A stretch of 64,000 nucleotides of DNA from Minisyncoccota bacterium (GCA_035546615.1 DASZWM010000007.1:1451-65450); one strand, 5' to 3'. Shown: positions 1-9,649, counted from the first letter of the stretch. Program-made: numbers and translations. Notes: generated by a model not told the origin, from the sequence alone.

Positions 1-3000
1 TCGAAGAGGCTAAGGAAGTAGGTAGCCGATGTGGTCGAGAACGCGTTGCCCTGGTTCTGGCTCAAGAAGTAGACGGCCGAGGTAGTACTGAAGCTGTTGG
101 CAAGATAGTACGAGCCTTCCTGTCCATCGAAGGTACCGGTCCAGTCGCCGGTGCGGTCCAAAGTGAGAACGCCACCAACGTTGGACAAGCCCGAGCCAGT
201 TAGGTCGGTAAAGGTCTCGTTGTTGATGCCGAAGGAAGTGGTGGTTGCGTTAGTGGAGAGCAGGTTCGGGAGGACGTTCTGTGCCGAGGTGGTGGCAATA
301 TAGTTTGCCGCAACTACCTGGCCGACTACCGAGAGCTTGCTGTACGGCGAGGTGGTGCCGATGCCGAAGTTGCCGGCAGGTGCGATGACGTTATTAGAAG
401 AGCCGACGGCGAGGTAGAGGTCATTAAGGCCGCCCGGGGTATAGATACCGGCATCGCTTGAACCGTCGACGTTGGTAGTGACGTGCGCGTCGCGGTTAAG
501 CGTGATGCCGGAGGTGAAGTAACCATATCCGCCGCTTACTTGCAGGGCGGCAAGCGGATTGCTGGTGCCGATGCCAACGTTGCCGCTAAAATATGCGCGG
601 CCAGTTGTGGTCGCCGGGCCGTTGACCGTAAGGCCGAGCGTGCCGTTGCCGATGGTCGAAGAAGCATTTACCTGGATGCCGAGAGTTGTTGTAGGCGTGA
701 GCGCGCCTGCAACTATCTTCCAGTCGCGGAACGTGTTGGCATAGTAGTTCTGTGAAGTAGTGCTGAACGCGTTGCCCTGGTTGACAGAGAGGAAGTATGC
801 GGCCGAAGTAGTAGAGAACGCCTGGCCCTGATTTTGCGCGAGGAAGTACAAAGCGCTGGTGGTCGAGAAGAAGTAGCCCTTGTCGAAGAGGCCGAGCGTC
901 GTGGTGGAGAGGCGCGAGTTGAACGAGTTCCAATCGCTTGATGAGAGGTAGCCGTCGGTAGAAGCGCCCGACTGGCTGATGGTAAACACGCCGGTCGACG
1001 GGTTGTACGAGAGCGGGCCGGTTGCCGAGAGCGAGGTCGAGGAGATCTTGTTGTTGAAGGTGGTCCAGTCAGTGCTTGAGAGATAGCCGTTCTGCGCGCC
1101 GTTGGCCTGCTGGATGGACAAGGTATTGCCGGAGAAGGAGAGCGGACTCGAGACCGTGGTCGAGATGACGGAACCGTTTGCATTTGTGGAGAGAAGAGTG
1201 TTCAGGAGGCTGGTGATGGCGAGATTGGTCGTTGTCGCCTGCTGGGTCGTAAAATTGCCGCTCGCGTCGATCCTGGTCAAGACCGTGCCGGCGTTATTGA
1301 GGAACTGCGCCAAGTCCGCGGTCTGGGCCGAAGCGCCCTGTACCGTAAAGACCTTCTTCGCGGCGCTTGAGTTAATGAGGCCGAAGAGCGATATAGGCAC
1401 CGTCGTATTGGTCCAATTGAGGTCGGTTATCTGGGTCGAAGACGCATTGAACTGCAGGCGGTTGAGCTGGGTGTCCGCGCCGTAGGTGCCGCCCATGAAG
1501 GTCGCGTTATTGTTGCTCGCGTTCGTTATCTGGAAGTACGTGGTCGAGGTCGCCGTGGCGCCGCCGCCCGTCCAGCCCCCGCTGTTATACACAACGCGCA
1601 GTTGGCCGCCGCCGCCCACGACATTGTCGCCCTTGAGGATGACGCCGTTGCCGGAGGTCTGGTTGTAGATGGTCGGGTTCGCGCCGACGGAGTTAAGCGT
1701 AAGCGTGTTGTTTGTAGAGTCGAATGCAAAGTCGGAATCATCGGTTATCTGGCTGCCTGCGCCGATAAAAGGCACGCGGCCGGCAGTGAGGCTCGTAACC
1801 CGCAGATTAGTGGTTGTCGCGGTGCCGTTTACCGTTAGGCCGCCGCCCGCCGCGCCGTTGCCAATCGTTGAGCTTCCGAAGACGCCGATGGATTGCACCG
1901 TCGAGCTTGGCGTGAGGAAGGCTGTAGCGCCGGAACCAACGATCTTCCAGTCACGGAACGCGTTGGCGTAGTAGTCCTGGGATGTGGTCGAGAATGCGCC
2001 GCCGGTCGAGGCCCAGTAATTTGCGGATGTGGTCGAGAAGAAGTAGCCCTTGTCGAAGAGAGCGAGCGTCGAAGTGGAGAGGCGCGAGTTGAAGGTGTTC
2101 CAGTCGGTCGACGAGAGATAGCCGTCGGTCGAGCCGCCGGACTGGCTGATAGAGAACACGCCGGTTGAGACATTGTACGAAAGCGGGCCGGTCGCGGAGA
2201 TAGAGGTGGAGCCGAGCAGGCCCAGCGTGTTGGTTGCAGTAAGGCTGTAGCCGCCGGTGCTGTTGCCTACCAGAATATTTCCGTACGAAGGAGCGGCCGA
2301 AAGTCCGGTGCCGCCGTACATGACGCCGAGCGATGAGGTTGCAACCACCGAGCCCTGCGCGTTGGTGGTAAGGAGCGCGGAGCGCACGCCGAGGATAGCC
2401 AGGCCGGTGGTCGTGGCGGTCGTCGTGGTGGAGTAGCGGCCGACGAAGTCGGTGAGCGTCGTGGTGCCCAAGACCGCGAGGCCGCCGCGGGAGAAGATGC
2501 CCGAGATGCCGACATTAATGCCCCCCTGCGCGTATATGTCGCCGCCGACATTGAGGTTGTCGGCAATGTTCGCAACGCCGACCTCAAGCGAGCCGATGTT
2601 GGCGGCCGGGAGCTTCGCGCCGTTTATATCGACCACCTTCACCGTACTGCTGTTGCTGGTGACGTAGGCGTATTTGCCCGAGAGGCTCAGGCCGCGCGGG
2701 TTGCCGCCGGTCGCGAACGTGCCGACCGAAGTGATGCTCGCGAGGTTGTGCACGTCGAGCACGACGAGGTTGCCGGACGTGTCGGTAACGTACGCGTAGT
2801 CGCCGGCCGCCTCAACCGTGTAGTAGCCGGTGCCGGTCTTGGAGCCCGCCAGGCTGATGGAGGCCGGGTTGCTTATGTCGAGCACGTAGAGGCCGCCGGA
2901 AGCGTCCGCAACATAGAGGTAGCGGCCGGACGCGTACAAGGTCGCCGGAACGCTCAGGCCGGTGTAGCTGTATACGGCCGTCGGGCTTGCCGGGTTGCTG

Positions 3001-6000
3001 ATGTCGACGGAAGTGACGGAGCCGTTGTAGATGGAGCCCACGTACAGGTACTTGCCCTGCACCGCGACCGAAGACCCCGAGCCGATAGGCGTGCCGGGGG
3101 ACGAGTACTGGCCCACGATAACGGGCGCCGCCGGGTTGGCGATGTCGACGATGTTGACCATGCCGGTGTCGAGGTTCGGCGCGTAGAGGTAGCGGCCGGA
3201 GAGCGCGAGCGAAATAGGATGGCCCGCGCCGGAGAGCGTGGAAACGAGGGTCGGTACCGCCGGGTTGGAGACGTCGATGATAACGAGACCCGCGGACGCG
3301 TCGCCGACGTACGCGTACTTGCCGGAGACTACGATGCTCTGCGCTTGGGTGGTGCCCGTGTAGGAGCCGACGAGCTTGGGGTTGCCCGGCTGGGTGATGT
3401 CGAGGATGCGCACGTTTCCGGCGGCAACGTAGGAGTAATGGCCGGAAGTGTTGATGCCGTATGAAGTCCCGCCGACTAAGGTCGAGGTCGCCAGGGTCGG
3501 CGTGCCGCTTGCCACCTGGAGTATATTGCCGCCCGCGACGGTGAGCTTCTGGGAAGGCGACGTGGTGCCGAAGCCGGCGAGACCGCCGAAGGACGCGATG
3601 CCCGAGTTGTAGAAGCCGGTCGTGGTGGCGTTGTCGATGGTCGCGCCTCCGACCACTTCGAGCTTGGAGAGCGTCGAGGTCGAGGTAAAGCCGATGAGCA
3701 CCTGGTCGGTCGCGGTCGTCAGGCGGATGCCCGAGCCGTTGAAGTGGGTCCAGTTGACGTCCGAGCCGGACGCGCCCGCGTCGGTGCCGCACTGGAATTG
3801 TCCGGTCGCGGAGTTCCATAGGAGCTTGTCGACCGAGCCGGAGCAGGAAGAGAGGTTGGCGCCGGTTATCCTGCCGTTTATGTACAGGTTCGTCGTGGTC
3901 GAAGTGCCGCTCGTAATGACATCGCCCGGGAAGGTATACACGCTCGAGGAATTGCCGCCGAAGGTTCCCGCCTGCGTGGTGATGACGCCGGTGGATGAGG
4001 TGTACGAGATGACCGACTGGCCCGAGAGGCTGGTCGAGGAGATCTTGTTGTTGAAGACGCTCCAGTCGGTATTTGTCAGGAAGCCCGGCTGGGAAGCGTT
4101 GGCCTTTTGAGCGCCGGCGTAGTCGATGGAGATAAGGCCGGCGCCGTTATCGTTGAAGTCGGACGAAGCGAAGGATGCGGCGCCCTTAGTGCTGCCGTCT
4201 GCCTTCGCGTCCTGAATGGAGAACGTGCCGGAGCTTGGGTTGTAGAACAGCGGCGCGGTGGCGTTGAGCGAGCCGGTCGTAACGAGGCCGAGGCTCGAGG
4301 TCGAGGTAAGCGTGTACGTACCATTGCTGTTGCCCACCAAAAGGTTTCCGTAGCTCGGAGGGGTCGAGAGTCCCGTGCCGCCGTAGATGACCGAGAGCGT
4401 CGACGTTGCCGACACGGCGCCGTTAATGGCCTGCAGGGGTCCGGTGATGTTGGAGATGGTTACGCCGCCGTTGAATGTGTTGCTGTTCGTAAACGTATTG
4501 CTGGAGTAGGTCTTCGGAATCGTGCTTGATGCGTCGACGAAATGGATAGCCGACGTGGTTGAGAAGAAATTGTTCTGCGTCTTCCAGTAGTCGGCCGAAC
4601 TGGTCGAGAAGCCGACGAGCGTCTGCTGGGAGAGGAAGTAAAGGGCTGATGTCGTGGAGAACGCCTGACCCTGATTGACAGAGAGGAAATATGAAGCAGA
4701 AGTCGTGGAGAAGAAATTATTCTGCGTCTTCCAGTAATCGGCCGAGGTGGTGGAGAACGAGTTCGCGAGGTAGTACGAGCCTTCCTGGCCGTCCAGCGTG
4801 CCCGTCCAGTCGCCCGCGCGGTCGAGCGTCAATGCGCCGCCGACATTCAGGAGGCCGGAGCCGGTGAGGTCGGTGAAGTACTCGGAGTTGAGACCCAGTA
4901 TCGCGGAGTACAGCGAGGTAGAGGTCGCGTTGGTGGTGGTGCCGAAGGTAACGGTGAGAGCGGAAATGGTCGACGACGAGTATGCGGTGAGGCCTGCGCC
5001 GAACTGCTGCAAGGCGGCCCAGGTATTCGAGTTCGAGAGGTTAAGGCCCCAATCGCTTATCCCCGCGCTGCCGTCATAGCTTGAGCCGGCGAGCGTCGCG
5101 TTGTGGGAAAGCGCGCTGAGGCTGGTGCCGAGCTGCTTGCCGCTGATGGTCGAGTTAGTAAGTCCCGCGTTATCGAGCGTGCCGGAAAGCGTAGGGGCGA
5201 ACGTGAATGCGCCGCCCGTGTTCGTTATCCTGATGCCGAGAGTCTGCCCGTTCTGCGTGAGCGTCGAGGTGGAAAGCGTAAGCGCGCCCGTCTGCGCCGT
5301 GCCGCCGCCGGTCTGCGAAAGCGACAGGACGCCGGTGTTTGAGATGACGCCCGTTGCGGGAACATAGCTGATGCCCGTACCCGCCGAGAGAGAAGTGGAG
5401 CCGAGCAGGCCCAGTGTGTTCGTGGCGGAGAGCGCGTAGCCGCCGGTGCCGTTCCCTACCAGAATGTTTCCGTACGACGGCGCTGCGGTCAGCCCCGTGC
5501 CTCCGTACAGGACGCCGACGGAAGAGGTTGCGGAAACTACGCCATTGATCGCCTGGAGCGGGCCGGTGAGGTTGGAGATAGTTACGCCGCCGTTGAAGGT
5601 ATTGGAATTCGTGAACGTGTTGGCGGTGTAGGTCTTCGGGATGGTCGTGGAAGACGTAACGAACCACATAGCGGAAGTGGTGGAGAAGAAGTTATTCTGC
5701 GTCTTCCAATAGTCTGCAGAGGTAGTCGAGAACGCAAGATTCTGGTTATTTGCTAGGAAGTAGAGGGCGGAGGTGGTGCTGAAGGCATTGCCCTGGTTCT
5801 GCGAGAGGAAGTATGCGGCGCTGGTGGTCGAGAAGAAATAGCCCTTGTCGAAGAGGCCGAGGGTGGAGGTGGAAAGGCGGCTGTTGAAGGAATTCCAGTC
5901 CGTGCTTGAGAGATAGCCGTCGGTCGAGCCGCCGGACTGGCTGATAGTGAAAATACCGGTCGAAGAGTTATAGGCGAGCGGCGCAAGTGCCGAGAGGCTG

Positions 6001-9000
6001 GCCGGGGTAAGGAAGCCGAGGCTGGATGTCGGCGCAAGGTCGTAGCCGCCTGCGCTGTTGCCCAGGAGCACCTGGCCGTAGGCCGGAGCGAGCGTGAGGC
6101 CGGTGCCGCCGTACACGACACCGATGCTCGTAGTTGCCGACACGAGGCCGTTAATAGCCTGCAGCGGCCCGGTGAGATTGGAAACGTACAGCGAGTCGAT
6201 GGTTGCGAGCGTTGTCGACGAAGTAAGGACGCGCGTGCTGGTGGCGAAGAAGCTGCTTGAGGTCGCGTTGGTAAACTTTGCCGTTGAGGGGGTCGTGGCG
6301 CCGATAGGCGTGCTGTTTATCGTGCCGTTCGAAATAGTGAGGTTGTCGGCTACGTACGCGTCGGCTACGATGCTGCCGTGCCAAACGCCGGTCGAGACGG
6401 TTCCGACGTTGGAGGAGCCGAGCACCGTCAGCGTGGTGAAGACCGCGCCCGGCGCGTTGAGCGTCGTGCCGTCGAAGGTGAAGGTATTGTCCCCGACGAC
6501 CGCGTCTTCCGCCTGGTTGGTGAAGAATATCTGTCCTGCAACGTACGTATCCGGCGCATCAGTGAGCCCGAGGAACGTGGTTGAGCCGCCTCCGCCGCCG
6601 GTGCCGCAGTCGCTGCCGGTGCCCGACACCACGCCCGCCGCGTTGACGCGCAAGCACTGCGTCGTACCGGTAATGGAGCCGAGCGTAAGTCCGCCCCCGA
6701 GCGTGAGCGCGCCGGTCGATGAGAACGTCGAGGTCGCCGTCGCGCCGAAGGAGGCCGACTGGTAGACCGAGAGCTTCGACGTGGAAGCCGCGTTGAACTG
6801 CTGGAGCTGGGACCAGGCGTTTGCGGTAGTGGTGCCGAAGGCGAGGCTGAACTGTCCGGTGGTCTGGTTGTACTGGACCGGGTACGAACCGGAGATGCTG
6901 GTGGTGCCGAGCTTGCCGTTGAAAAGGGTCCAATCGCTCGAGGAAAGATATCCGTTCGTTGAGCCGTTAGCCTGCGCGATGGAGAACACGCCGGTGTTCC
7001 CGTCGTACGAAAGCGGCGCGAGCGCGGAAAGCGACGATGTGGAGAGCAGGCCGTTGGCGGCGGCAAAGTAGCTTGCGGAAGTCGTGGAGAAGAAATTGCT
7101 GACCGACTTCCAGTACTCCGCGGAGGTGGTGCTGAAGGCATTGCCCTGGTTCTGCGAGAGGAAATACGCGGCCGAAGTTGTCGAGAACGCGTTGCCCTGG
7201 TTCTGGGCGAGGAAGTATGCGACGCTGGTGGTTGAGAAGAAATTATTCTGCGTCTTCCAGTAGTCAGTCGAGGTGGTCGAGAAGAAATTGCTGACAGACT
7301 TCCAGTACTCAGCGGATGTCGTGGAGAAGCCGGTCGAGGTGCCGCCGAACATGATGCCGAGGCTGGAGGTCGAGACGAGGTCGTAGCCGCCGGTTGCGTT
7401 TCCGACAAGCACCTGGCCGTAGGCCGGCGCGGTCGTCGTGCCGGTGCCGCCGTTTGCAACGCCGAGCGTGCCGCCGAGCACCAAAGTACCCGAGGACGTG
7501 ATGGGGCCGCCCGTGAAGGAGAGCCCGGTGGTGCCGCCGTTGGCTGCAACCGATGTTACCGAGCCGCCGCCCGAGCCGCCCAGGCCCAGAGTCGAGGTTG
7601 AGGTTACAGCCCACTTCACGCCGTCCCACACCAGCACGTCGCCGAACGCGCCGCCGCCGATGTGCGGCACCGTTGAGGAAGCGGAGATGTACGCGCCGAC
7701 AGCATAGTTGCTGGAAGTGGTGGAGAAGAAGTCGCGAGCCGTCTTCCAGTAGTCGGCGGAGGTGGTGGAAAATCCGCTAAGGCTCTGAAGCGAGAGGAAG
7801 TATGCCGCTGAGGTTGTAGAAAATGCCTGGCCCTGATTTTGGCTGAGGAAGTACGCGGCGGAGCTGGTCGAGAAGAAGTAGCCCTTGCCGATGGAGTCGA
7901 GATACGCCTGCGCGTTCTGCGGCGTGAAGTACAGGTTGGTGGCGCCTTCGTCGAGGCCGTCGGTCGTGGTCGCGTACCACGCGGAGAGCGACAGCTTCGA
8001 GTCAAGCGCGTTCTGGAGATCGGTTTGGTTGGAAAGCGTGCCGACGATATTGCCCCACGACGGATTGCCGCCCGCGGCGATGCCGAGCGTCGAGGTGGAA
8101 ACCAGGTCGTAGCCGCCCATGGAATTGCCGAGAAGGAGCTGGCCGTAGGTCGGGGCAGTGGAAGTGCCGGTGCCGCCGTTTATCGCATTGAGCACGCCGG
8201 AGAGCGTGAACGTGCCGGTCGACGTGATAGGCCCGCCGAGGAAGGAGAGGCCGGTCGTGCCGCCGCTTGCGTCAACCGACGTTACCGAGCCGTTCCCGCC
8301 GCCCGAATTGCCGCCGCCGTTGTGGCTGTGCGAAGGGTTCGGCGAAAGCGCCGCGGCCTCTATTTTCGGGAGAAGGAAATTCTGCAGCGCGAGCAGGCGG
8401 AGGTTGAGTATGTCTTCGGTGACGCCGGAACCCTGCACCAGACGCTCGGTAACCGGATAGGTGTTGTAGACCGGGTACGAGTTCTGGACGATCGTCGTGG
8501 TCGCGGTGCCTGCGGCGACCGGAGCAGACGGGCCGTACGCCGGCGAGGTCTGCGTGCCCGCCGCATACTGCGCGGGAACGCGCGGGCCGAAGAGGAACGA
8601 AAATACCTGCGAGAAGACATCGGACGCGACAGACGGCGATGACTTCGCCGGAAGGGAGAATCCGAACTGGAGCGGATGCGCCCCGAAGAACGGCGACTCC
8701 ACCTGCGCGAGCGACGCCGCAAGCGTGGTCTGGTTCTGCATCGCGACCTCGCGCTGGTGCATCGCGCCGGCGTACGCTACGGCGCCGAAGAGCAGCATGC
8801 CCCCCAGCGCCATCACCGCGTTGCGCGCCAGAAGCGAAGAGAAGCGCGAGGCGACGCCGTTCGCGGAAGGAACGGCGTCGGCCTCAACCGCCTTCTTCGC
8901 AGGCAGGCCGTTTGCCTTGCGGTACGTCTCGTTCTCAAGCTTGCGCTCCTTCGCTAACGCAGACGCGCGCTCAAGCTTTGCCTGAGCGCGCGCCGCCTCG

Positions 9001-9179
9001 AATTCTCCAAGGGACTTCTCCTCGACGAACCATGCGCCGTTTATCTGCGAGCCGCGCAGCTTGCCGTCGCGCAAAAGGCGGCCGACATAGTCCTGAGCGC
9101 AGTTCATCCGCTTGGCGGCAGAACGGGCCGAGAGCATCGGTTCGCCTGAATTTGAGATGATTTGTTTAGCGGGTGACAT
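1..9179 (-). CDS. Giant repetitive cell-surface protein, N-terminal 3,059 codons (gene continues past window position 1; no stop codon in window). Domains: cytoplasmic excisionase/HTH_17-like module, single TM helix, Ser/Thr/Gly-rich repeat modules, 7-repeat LVIVD beta-propeller
   Basis: Reverse-complement translation from ATG 9179-9177 (MSPAKQIISNSGEPMLSARSAAKRMNCAQDYVGRLLRDGKLRGSQINGAWFV...) stays open and protein-like down to position 3. There is an in-frame stop upstream at 9309-9311. No ORF-track entry between 1 and 9200 lies in this frame, since the track lists only ORFs closed inside the window. All listed ORFs there are R/P/A/S-rich off-frame artefacts. Recurring motifs: VSATSSxGVxYGGTGLxxAPSYGNxLVGNxTGGYxL, tandem FSTTSAxYFLSQNQGNA units, and GKYAYVxDxSGxLVVLDVxNPAxP. 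Confidence 0.85.
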   Translation of the reverse strand, partial: MSPAKQIISNSGEPMLSARSAAKRMNCAQDYVGRLLRDGKLRGSQINGAWFVEEKSLGEFEAARAQAKLERASALAKERKLENETYRKANGLPAKKAVEADAVPSANGVASRFSSLLARNAVMALGGMLLFGAVAYAGAMHQREVAMQNQTTLAASLAQVESPFFGAHPLQFGFSLPAKSSPSVASDVFSQVFSFLFGPRVPAQYAAGTQTSPAYGPSAPVAAGTATTTIVQNSYPVYNTYPVTERLVQGSGVTEDILNLRLLALQNFLLPKIEAAALSPNPSHSHNGGGNSGGGNGSVTSVDASGGTTGLSFLGGPITSTGTFTLSGVLNAINGGTGTSTAPTYGQLLLGNSMGGYDLVSTSTLGIAAGGNPSWGNIVGTLSNQTDLQNALDSKLSLSAWYATTTDGLDEGATNLYFTPQNAQAYLDSIGKGYFFSTSSAAYFLSQNQGQAFSTTSAAYFLSLQSLSGFSTTSADYWKTARDFFSTTSSNYAVGAYISASSTVPHIGGGAFGDVLVWDGVKWAVTSTSTLGLGGSGGGSVTSVAANGGTTGLSFTGGPITSSGTLVLGGTLGVANGGTGTTTAPAYGQVLVGNATGGYDLVSTSSLGIMFGGTSTGFSTTSAEYWKSVSNFFSTTSTDYWKTQNNFFSTTSVAYFLAQNQGNAFSTTSAAYFLSQNQGNAFSTTSAEYWKSVSNFFSTTSASYFAAANGLLSTSSLSALAPLSYDGNTGVFSIAQANGSTNGYLSSSDWTLFNGKLGTTSISGSYPVQYNQTTGQFSLAFGTTTANAWSQLQQFNAASTSKLSVYQSASFGATATSTFSSTGALTLGGGLTLGSITGTTQCLRVNAAGVVSGTGSDCGTGGGGGSTTFLGLTDAPDTYVAGQIFFTNQAEDAVVGDNTFTFDGTTLNAPGAVFTTLTVLGSSNVGTVSTGVWHGSIVADAYVADNLTISNGTINSTPIGATTPSTAKFTNATSSSFFATSTRVLTSSTTLATIDSLYVSNLTGPLQAINGLVSATTSIGVVYGGTGLTLAPAYGQVLLGNSAGGYDLAPTSSLGFLTPASLSALAPLAYNSSTGIFTISQSGGSTDGYLSSTDWNSFNSRLSTSTLGLFDKGYFFSTTSAAYFLSQNQGNAFSTTSALYFLANNQNLAFSTTSADYWKTQNNFFSTTSAMWFVTSSTTIPKTYTANTFTNSNTFNGGVTISNLTGPLQAINGVVSATSSVGVLYGGTGLTAAPSYGNILVGNGTGGYALSATNTLGLLGSTSLSAGTGISYVPATGVISNTGVLSLSQTGGGTAQTGALTLSTSTLTQNGQTLGIRITNTGGAFTFAPTLSGTLDNAGLTNSTISGKQLGTSLSALSHNATLAGSSYDGSAGISDWGLNLSNSNTWAALQQFGAGLTAYSSSTISALTVTFGTTTNATSTSLYSAILGLNSEYFTDLTGSGLLNVGGALTLDRAGDWTGTLDGQEGSYYLANSFSTTSADYWKTQNNFFSTTSASYFLSVNQGQAFSTTSALYFLSQQTLVGFSTSSADYWKTQNNFFSTTSAIHFVDASSTIPKTYSSNTFTNSNTFNGGVTISNITGPLQAINGAVSATSTLSVIYGGTGLSTPPSYGNLLVGNSNGTYTLTSTSSLGLVTTGSLNATAPLFYNPSSGTFSIQDAKADGSTKGAASFASSDFNDNGAGLISIDYAGAQKANASQPGFLTNTDWSVFNNKISSTSLSGQSVISYTSSTGVITTQAGTFGGNSSSVYTFPGDVITSGTSTTTNLYINGRITGANLSSCSGSVDKLLWNSATGQFQCGTDAGASGSDVNWTHFNGSGIRLTTATDQVLIGFTSTSTLSKLEVVGGATIDNATTTGFYNSGIASFGGLAGFGTTSPSQKLTVAGGNILQVASGTPTLATSTLVGGTSYGINTSGHYSYVAAGNVRILDITQPGNPKLVGSYTGTTQAQSIVVSGKYAYVGDASAGLVIIDVSNPAVPTLVSTLSGAGHPISLALSGRYLYAPNLDTGMVNIVDIANPAAPVIVGQYSSPGTPIGSGSSVAVQGKYLYVGSIYNGSVTSVDISNPASPTAVYSYTGLSVPATLYASGRYLYVADASGGLYVLDISNPASISLAGSKTGTGYYTVEAAGDYAYVTDTSGNLVVLDVHNLASITSVGTFATGGNPRGLSLSGKYAYVTSNSSTVKVVDINGAKLPAANIGSLEVGVANIADNLNVGGDIYAQGGINVGISGIFSRGGLAVLGTTTLTDFVGRYSTTTTATTTGLAILGVRSALLTTNAQGSVVATSSLGVMYGGTGLSAAPSYGNILVGNSTGGYSLTATNTLGLLGSTSISATGPLSYNVSTGVFSISQSGGSTDGYLSSTDWNTFNSRLSTSTLALFDKGYFFSTTSANYWASTGGAFSTTSQDYYANAFRDWKIVGSGATAFLTPSSTVQSIGVFGSSTIGNGAAGGGLTVNGTATTTNLRVTSLTAGRVPFIGAGSQITDDSDFAFDSTNNTLTLNSVGANPTIYNQTSGNGVILKGDNVVGGGGQLRVVYNSGGWTGGGATATSTTYFQITNASNNNATFMGGTYGADTQLNRLQFNASSTQITDLNWTNTTVPISLFGLINSSAAKKVFTVQGASAQTADLAQFLNNAGTVLTRIDASGNFTTQQATTTNLAITSLLNTLLSTNANGSVISTTVSSPLSFSGNTLSIQQANGAQNGYLSSTDWTTFNNKISSTSLSATGPLSYNPSTGVFTISQSGASTDGYLSSSDWNSFNSRLSTTTLGLFDKGYFFSTTSALYFLAQNQGQAFSTTSAAYFLSVNQGNAFSTTSQNYYANTFRDWKIVAGALTPTTTLGIQVNASSTIGNGTLGLTVNGPATTTGRAYFSGNVGIGTSNPLAALQVSGGYGYFTSGITLNRDAHVTTNVDGSSDAGIYTPGGLNDLYLAVGSSNNVIAPAGNFGIGTTSPYSKLSVVGQVVAANYIATTSAQNVLPNLLSTNATTTSFGINNETFTDLTGSGLSNVGGVLTLDRTGDWTGTFDGQEGSYYLANSFSTTSAVYFLSQNQGNAFSTTSATYFLSLF
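2620..3480 (-). repeat. Seven tandem LVIVD repeats (beta-propeller) inside the giant gene
   Basis: Translated units read HYSYVAAGNVRILDITQPGNP / GKYAYVGDASAGLVIIDVSNPAVP / GRYLYAPNLDTGMVNIVDIANPAAP / GKYLYVGSIYNGSVTSVDISNPASP / GRYLYVADASGGLYVLDISNPASI / GDYAYVTDTSGNLVVLDVHNLASI / GKYAYVTSNSSTVKVVDINGAKL. Confidence 0.75.
8999..9134 (-). other. Excisionase/HTH_17-like helix-turn-helix module at the N-terminus of the giant protein (aa ~15-60), followed by a predicted TM helix at ~8762-8843
   Basis: LSARSAAKRMNCAQDYVGRLLRDGKLRGSQINGAWFVEEKSLGEF aligns with the excisionase-family HTH consensus (..AAelLgvsrstvyrlikeGklpaikiGgrWrirredLeaf). A hydrophobic stretch LLARNAVMALGGMLLFGAVAYAGAM follows about 50 aa later. 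Confidence 0.55.
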
Positions 9180-9485
9180 GTTGCCGAAAAAACTTTTGTT
9201 TGTGCGGAGAGTTCGGGTATTTCGTGTTTCAACAGAAGAGGTAGCGACCCGCCGATGTGCCGCTACCCTGTTACTAATTATTTTACGCGAGTGTCGCGCT
9301 TTTTCCGTCTATAATATGCGAAGAAAAATGTGGATATCTTATTGCACTGCAACGGAATTTTGAAAATTTATTTTCAAAAAATAATCAGCTTAAAATGAGT
9401 TTGCTGTTTAAAATTCCATGAAAAAATATTCGGCTTACATACCCTTTTCTCGTCTTAAAAATTGTATAGGAGAGATATGTTGTAA

Positions 9486-9554
9486 TCAAAAGCTACATCG
9501 GCTCTCCCATACGATATCTCGGATAACTTCTCGGCTAATCTCGGATAGCTTCAT
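9486..9554 (-). CDS. Possible 22-aa small ORF (MKLSEISREVIRDIVWESRCSF) preceded by a perfect AGGAGGT, in the AT-rich region upstream of the giant gene
   Basis: ATG at 9554-9552, TGA at 9488-9486. AGGAGGT sits at 9572-9566 with an 11-12 nt spacer, which is long. Too short for the ORF track. Confidence 0.15.
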   Translation of the reverse strand: MKLSEISREVIRDIVWESRCSF

Positions 9555-9600
9555 AATGCTATTTTACCTCCTAAGTATGCCGGAGGGGCAAAAAACCAAG

Positions 9601-9649
9601 TTCTAGTATTAAAAACGGCGTCTTTTGACAAGTTGTCAAACTGACGCCG
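9601..9649 (-). terminator. Rho-independent terminator downstream of the 279-aa HTH/TM protein gene
   Basis: Long hairpin cggcgtc-ttttgacaa-g-ttgtcaaa-ct-gacgccg (9616-9649), followed on the minus strand by UUUUUAAUACU. The loop region itself is a TTGACAAgTTGTCAA palindrome. Confidence 0.6.

Noticed and set aside
2748-3464. Plus-strand ORFs across 1-9180 (for example 2748-3464, 3622-4110, 6094-6765, 7839-8642) and minus-strand off-frame ORFs (for example 2812-3819, 6428-7549).
   Set aside because: They are antisense or off-frame shadows of the giant minus-strand gene. They have Arg/Pro/Ala/Ser-rich, stop-poor composition typical of high-GC non-coding frames and no recognisable domains. The 9179-to-3 frame carries coherent repeated protein motifs.
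1-9179. CRISPR array as an explanation for the periodic repeats.
   Set aside because: The repeats are in-frame coding modules of variable length and only 75-90% identical. They are not short direct repeats with unique spacers, and no cas genes are present.
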